Shown: piece after piece, positions 32,308 through 34,056 of the stretch
How the letters are laid out: every line of letters starts with the position of its first letter
How positions within the stretch are numbered: the stretch's first letter is position 1
Origin: Candidatus Aminicenantes bacterium
GTDB taxonomy: Bacteria > Acidobacteriota > UBA6911 > RPQK01 > JAJDTT01
Assembly: GCA_026706325.1 (NCBI GenBank)
Contig: JAPOYZ010000256.1
Span: 1-34,056, forward strand
Direction of reading: 5' to 3'
Length of the DNA stretch: 34,056 nt
The notes under the pieces: model-generated
What the model was told of the DNA's origin: nothing
The model's input: the letters and a program-made list of their open reading frames with translations, nothing else
Database searches by the model: none
Made by a program: the position numbers and the translations under genes

Positions 32308-33837
32308 TCAGAACGGGAGCGGCTTATTTTGTGGTCCGCCCGCTCCGAGTGTCACCGTGGCGGTTGCGAGTTCGCCGGTGAGTTTCTGCCGGAGCACGAC
32401 CACCAGATAGCTACCCTTTCTCGGAGAATCCTTCTCCATCCAGGGCCCAAGGGTTTCATGGCCACGGAAACCTGCCAACTCCTTGGCGTCAAATTCGAGG
32501 TCGACGCTCTCAGCCAGGAAAAATCCCTTCTCAATAGGCTCATCGAATTCGTCGAAGACGATCCCGAAAATCTCCAGCACACAACGATTCGTTTCTCCTT
32601 CCGACGTAAATCGAAGCGCTTTGGTGGGAATCTGGGCACGTACGGCAAGTTTCCCATTCTTGGGAACGGCATCAAGATTGACCTGGAAATCATTGAATAG
32701 ATCCGGAAACTTGAATGCATTCGCCAACTCCGACTGGGTGGCAACCAGCGGGTCTTGATCCACGTATCCTTTGCGGTGTCGGACCTGGACGCCTCCACGT
32801 CTTACCTTGACCCTGATCTCATGAAACTTGCCGATCTTTCTCTGGTGATCCGGAACGTAGCCCAAGAGATAGTAGGTCCGCCCATCGAGATAAGCTTCTC
32901 GAATTGGGCCGAGCAAGTCATTCTCCCCCGTTGCCAGAAGCCCCGCCGTTTCCTTTGAAAGCGTCGCTAGGAACTCGTGGGTAGACTCCAAACCCGAAAC
33001 GCCGACGTAGGTGGCCGCCACAAAGGACGCGGTCATCAATCCTCGAGGATCGATACTGTGCAAGGTAACTTGATTGCGGTTGGCCTGATCCACTGCAGAG
33101 CGCACTTTACTCGTCAGAGAAAAAGTAGCCTTTTGGGATCTCCGGCTTCCGGAGGATCGGGCATTGAAACTGCCAGTATACGAAGACATGTGCAGTTTAT
33201 ATCCTCTCGAAAAGTAAAGTACGTGCTTGCGGTTTGGTAAGGAGCCCAGATAACTGGACAAAGCCGCAATTGCATGGCACGAAAGGTCCCCCTGTCTGGC
33301 CAACAGGTGGAGTAGTTCAAGAGGGGTGAGATGAGGCGGTAACCAGGGATAGTCGGACACCTGATCCAGAGCCCGTTCCAGTGTCGTAATGTTTCGCGTG
33401 AACTTTTGAACAACTCGAAGCTTGGGGCCGATGGTAGCCAGCATGAAGTAGTCCCTGGGATCGATCTCCGATCGCAAGAACTCTCGAATAGCTTCCTTGC
33501 TCCTCTCCACCGTTTCTCGAGTCAATGTCTGAAGGTCCACCAGAAACACATAGTGGTTGCCCGTAACGCCCGCTTGGATTTCCCTCGTCGGAAACCGGTC
33601 TGTGCCTTCAAGTCGAAAGAACCGAATGTCCTGACGTTTTCCGTCCCCAAACACTTGGACCTCTCCTGGTTTCAGATCAGCCACGAAGTTGCCTTTCTGG
33701 TCCGTGACAATTAGGTCCACAAGTACCACGTTCGATTCAGATCGGAAACCAGGAGTCTGGCACTGGAGATGAACACTTCCAGATAGTAGCCAGAGCGCCA
33801 AGAGCCACGCGGACATATTGCGACGAACAGACCTCAT
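32308..33837 (-). CDS. divergent VWFA-related protein with degenerate MIDAS and a ~140-aa C-terminal extension
   Basis: 509 aa. Signal 'MSAWLLALWLLSGSVHLQC'. N-terminal 'VVLVDLIVTDQKGNFVADLKPGEVQVFGDGKRQDIRFF' and 'YYLLGYVP...RHRKGYV' parallel the two VWA genes at 9707-11604. However, DxSxS is replaced by 'VDLQTLT' and 'TDGED' by 'FSRGYK'. Confidence 0.75.
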   Translation of the reverse strand: MRSVRRNMSAWLLALWLLSGSVHLQCQTPGFRSESNVVLVDLIVTDQKGNFVADLKPGEVQVFGDGKRQDIRFFRLEGTDRFPTREIQAGVTGNHYVFLVDLQTLTRETVERSKEAIREFLRSEIDPRDYFMLATIGPKLRVVQKFTRNITTLERALDQVSDYPWLPPHLTPLELLHLLARQGDLSCHAIAALSSYLGSLPNRKHVLYFSRGYKLHMSSYTGSFNARSSGSRRSQKATFSLTSKVRSAVDQANRNQVTLHSIDPRGLMTASFVAATYVGVSGLESTHEFLATLSKETAGLLATGENDLLGPIREAYLDGRTYYLLGYVPDHQRKIGKFHEIRVKVRRGGVQVRHRKGYVDQDPLVATQSELANAFKFPDLFNDFQVNLDAVPKNGKLAVRAQIPTKALRFTSEGETNRCVLEIFGIVFDEFDEPIEKGFFLAESVDLEFDAKELAGFRGHETLGPWMEKDSPRKGSYLVVVLRQKLTGELATATVTLGAGGPQNKPLPF

Positions 33838-33851
33838 GATCCTAACTGTCC

Positions 33852-33857
33852 ATTCTC
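33852..33857 (-). promoter_or_regulatory. -10-like hexamer GAGAAT, 14 nt upstream of the third VWA gene ATG
   Basis: The minus strand reads CTTGTCGAGAATGGACAGTTAGGATC-ATG, in an AT-richer non-coding stretch. Confidence 0.25.
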
Positions 33858-34056
33858 GACAAGTTGGAAGGATTGCCTACTCGTATTTCTGGGACAGTAC
33901 ACTAAATCTCAATCGGAGATATCTACCGGACGCCGTCGGAATTACCAACACGTTGTTACTCTGATCCTCGAAATACCACGGAGCCGACGACTCTTCCGGT
34001 CCTATTGCGGAGGTCCACCCTCCCTGCTGCCTTCCCCTCCTCATATGAGCCTTCCG

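Overview
High-GC bacterial chromosomal window (spot counts of single 60-nt lines give about 68% GC in typical genes). I support about 26 protein-coding genes. I recognised no rRNA, tRNA, CRISPR array, transposase or integrase. The gene content suggests Acidobacteriota or a related lineage (inference). This rests on three 'acidobacterial-type' VWA proteins, a PSCyt/DUF1549/DUF1553 + DUF1501 pair and a CarboxypepD_reg-type TonB-dependent receptor.

Layout: positions 871-16545 are one long minus-strand string of mostly housekeeping genes. In transcription order they are rsmA, rnj, ftsK, two VWA genes, ilvE, alaS, a lytic transglycosylase, an AmiC-like amidase, a hypothetical gene and glycerate kinase. 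A truncated ggt converges on this string at the left edge. trxA and purA follow on the plus strand. The right 15 kb is more accessory.

Observations most worth a second look:
1. A minus-strand cluster of an ABC-2 exporter, a small Cys-rich membrane-anchored ORF and a TonB-dependent receptor. The ORF track gives the small ORF only as part of a longer reading frame.
2. A dense family of GC-rich stem-loops in two convergent intergenic regions. It includes a 4.5-unit tandem 26-nt hairpin array and shows a compensatory stem substitution between copies.
3. A 30-nt sequence repeated (29/30) in two unrelated intergenic regions.
4. The uncharacterised PSCyt-DUF1553/DUF1501 pair.
5. An 848-aa secreted protein followed by an orphan amino-acid-type ABC ATPase.
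6. A divergent, AT-richer third VWA paralog with a degenerate MIDAS motif.

Functional ideas for all of these are inference. No database search could be run.
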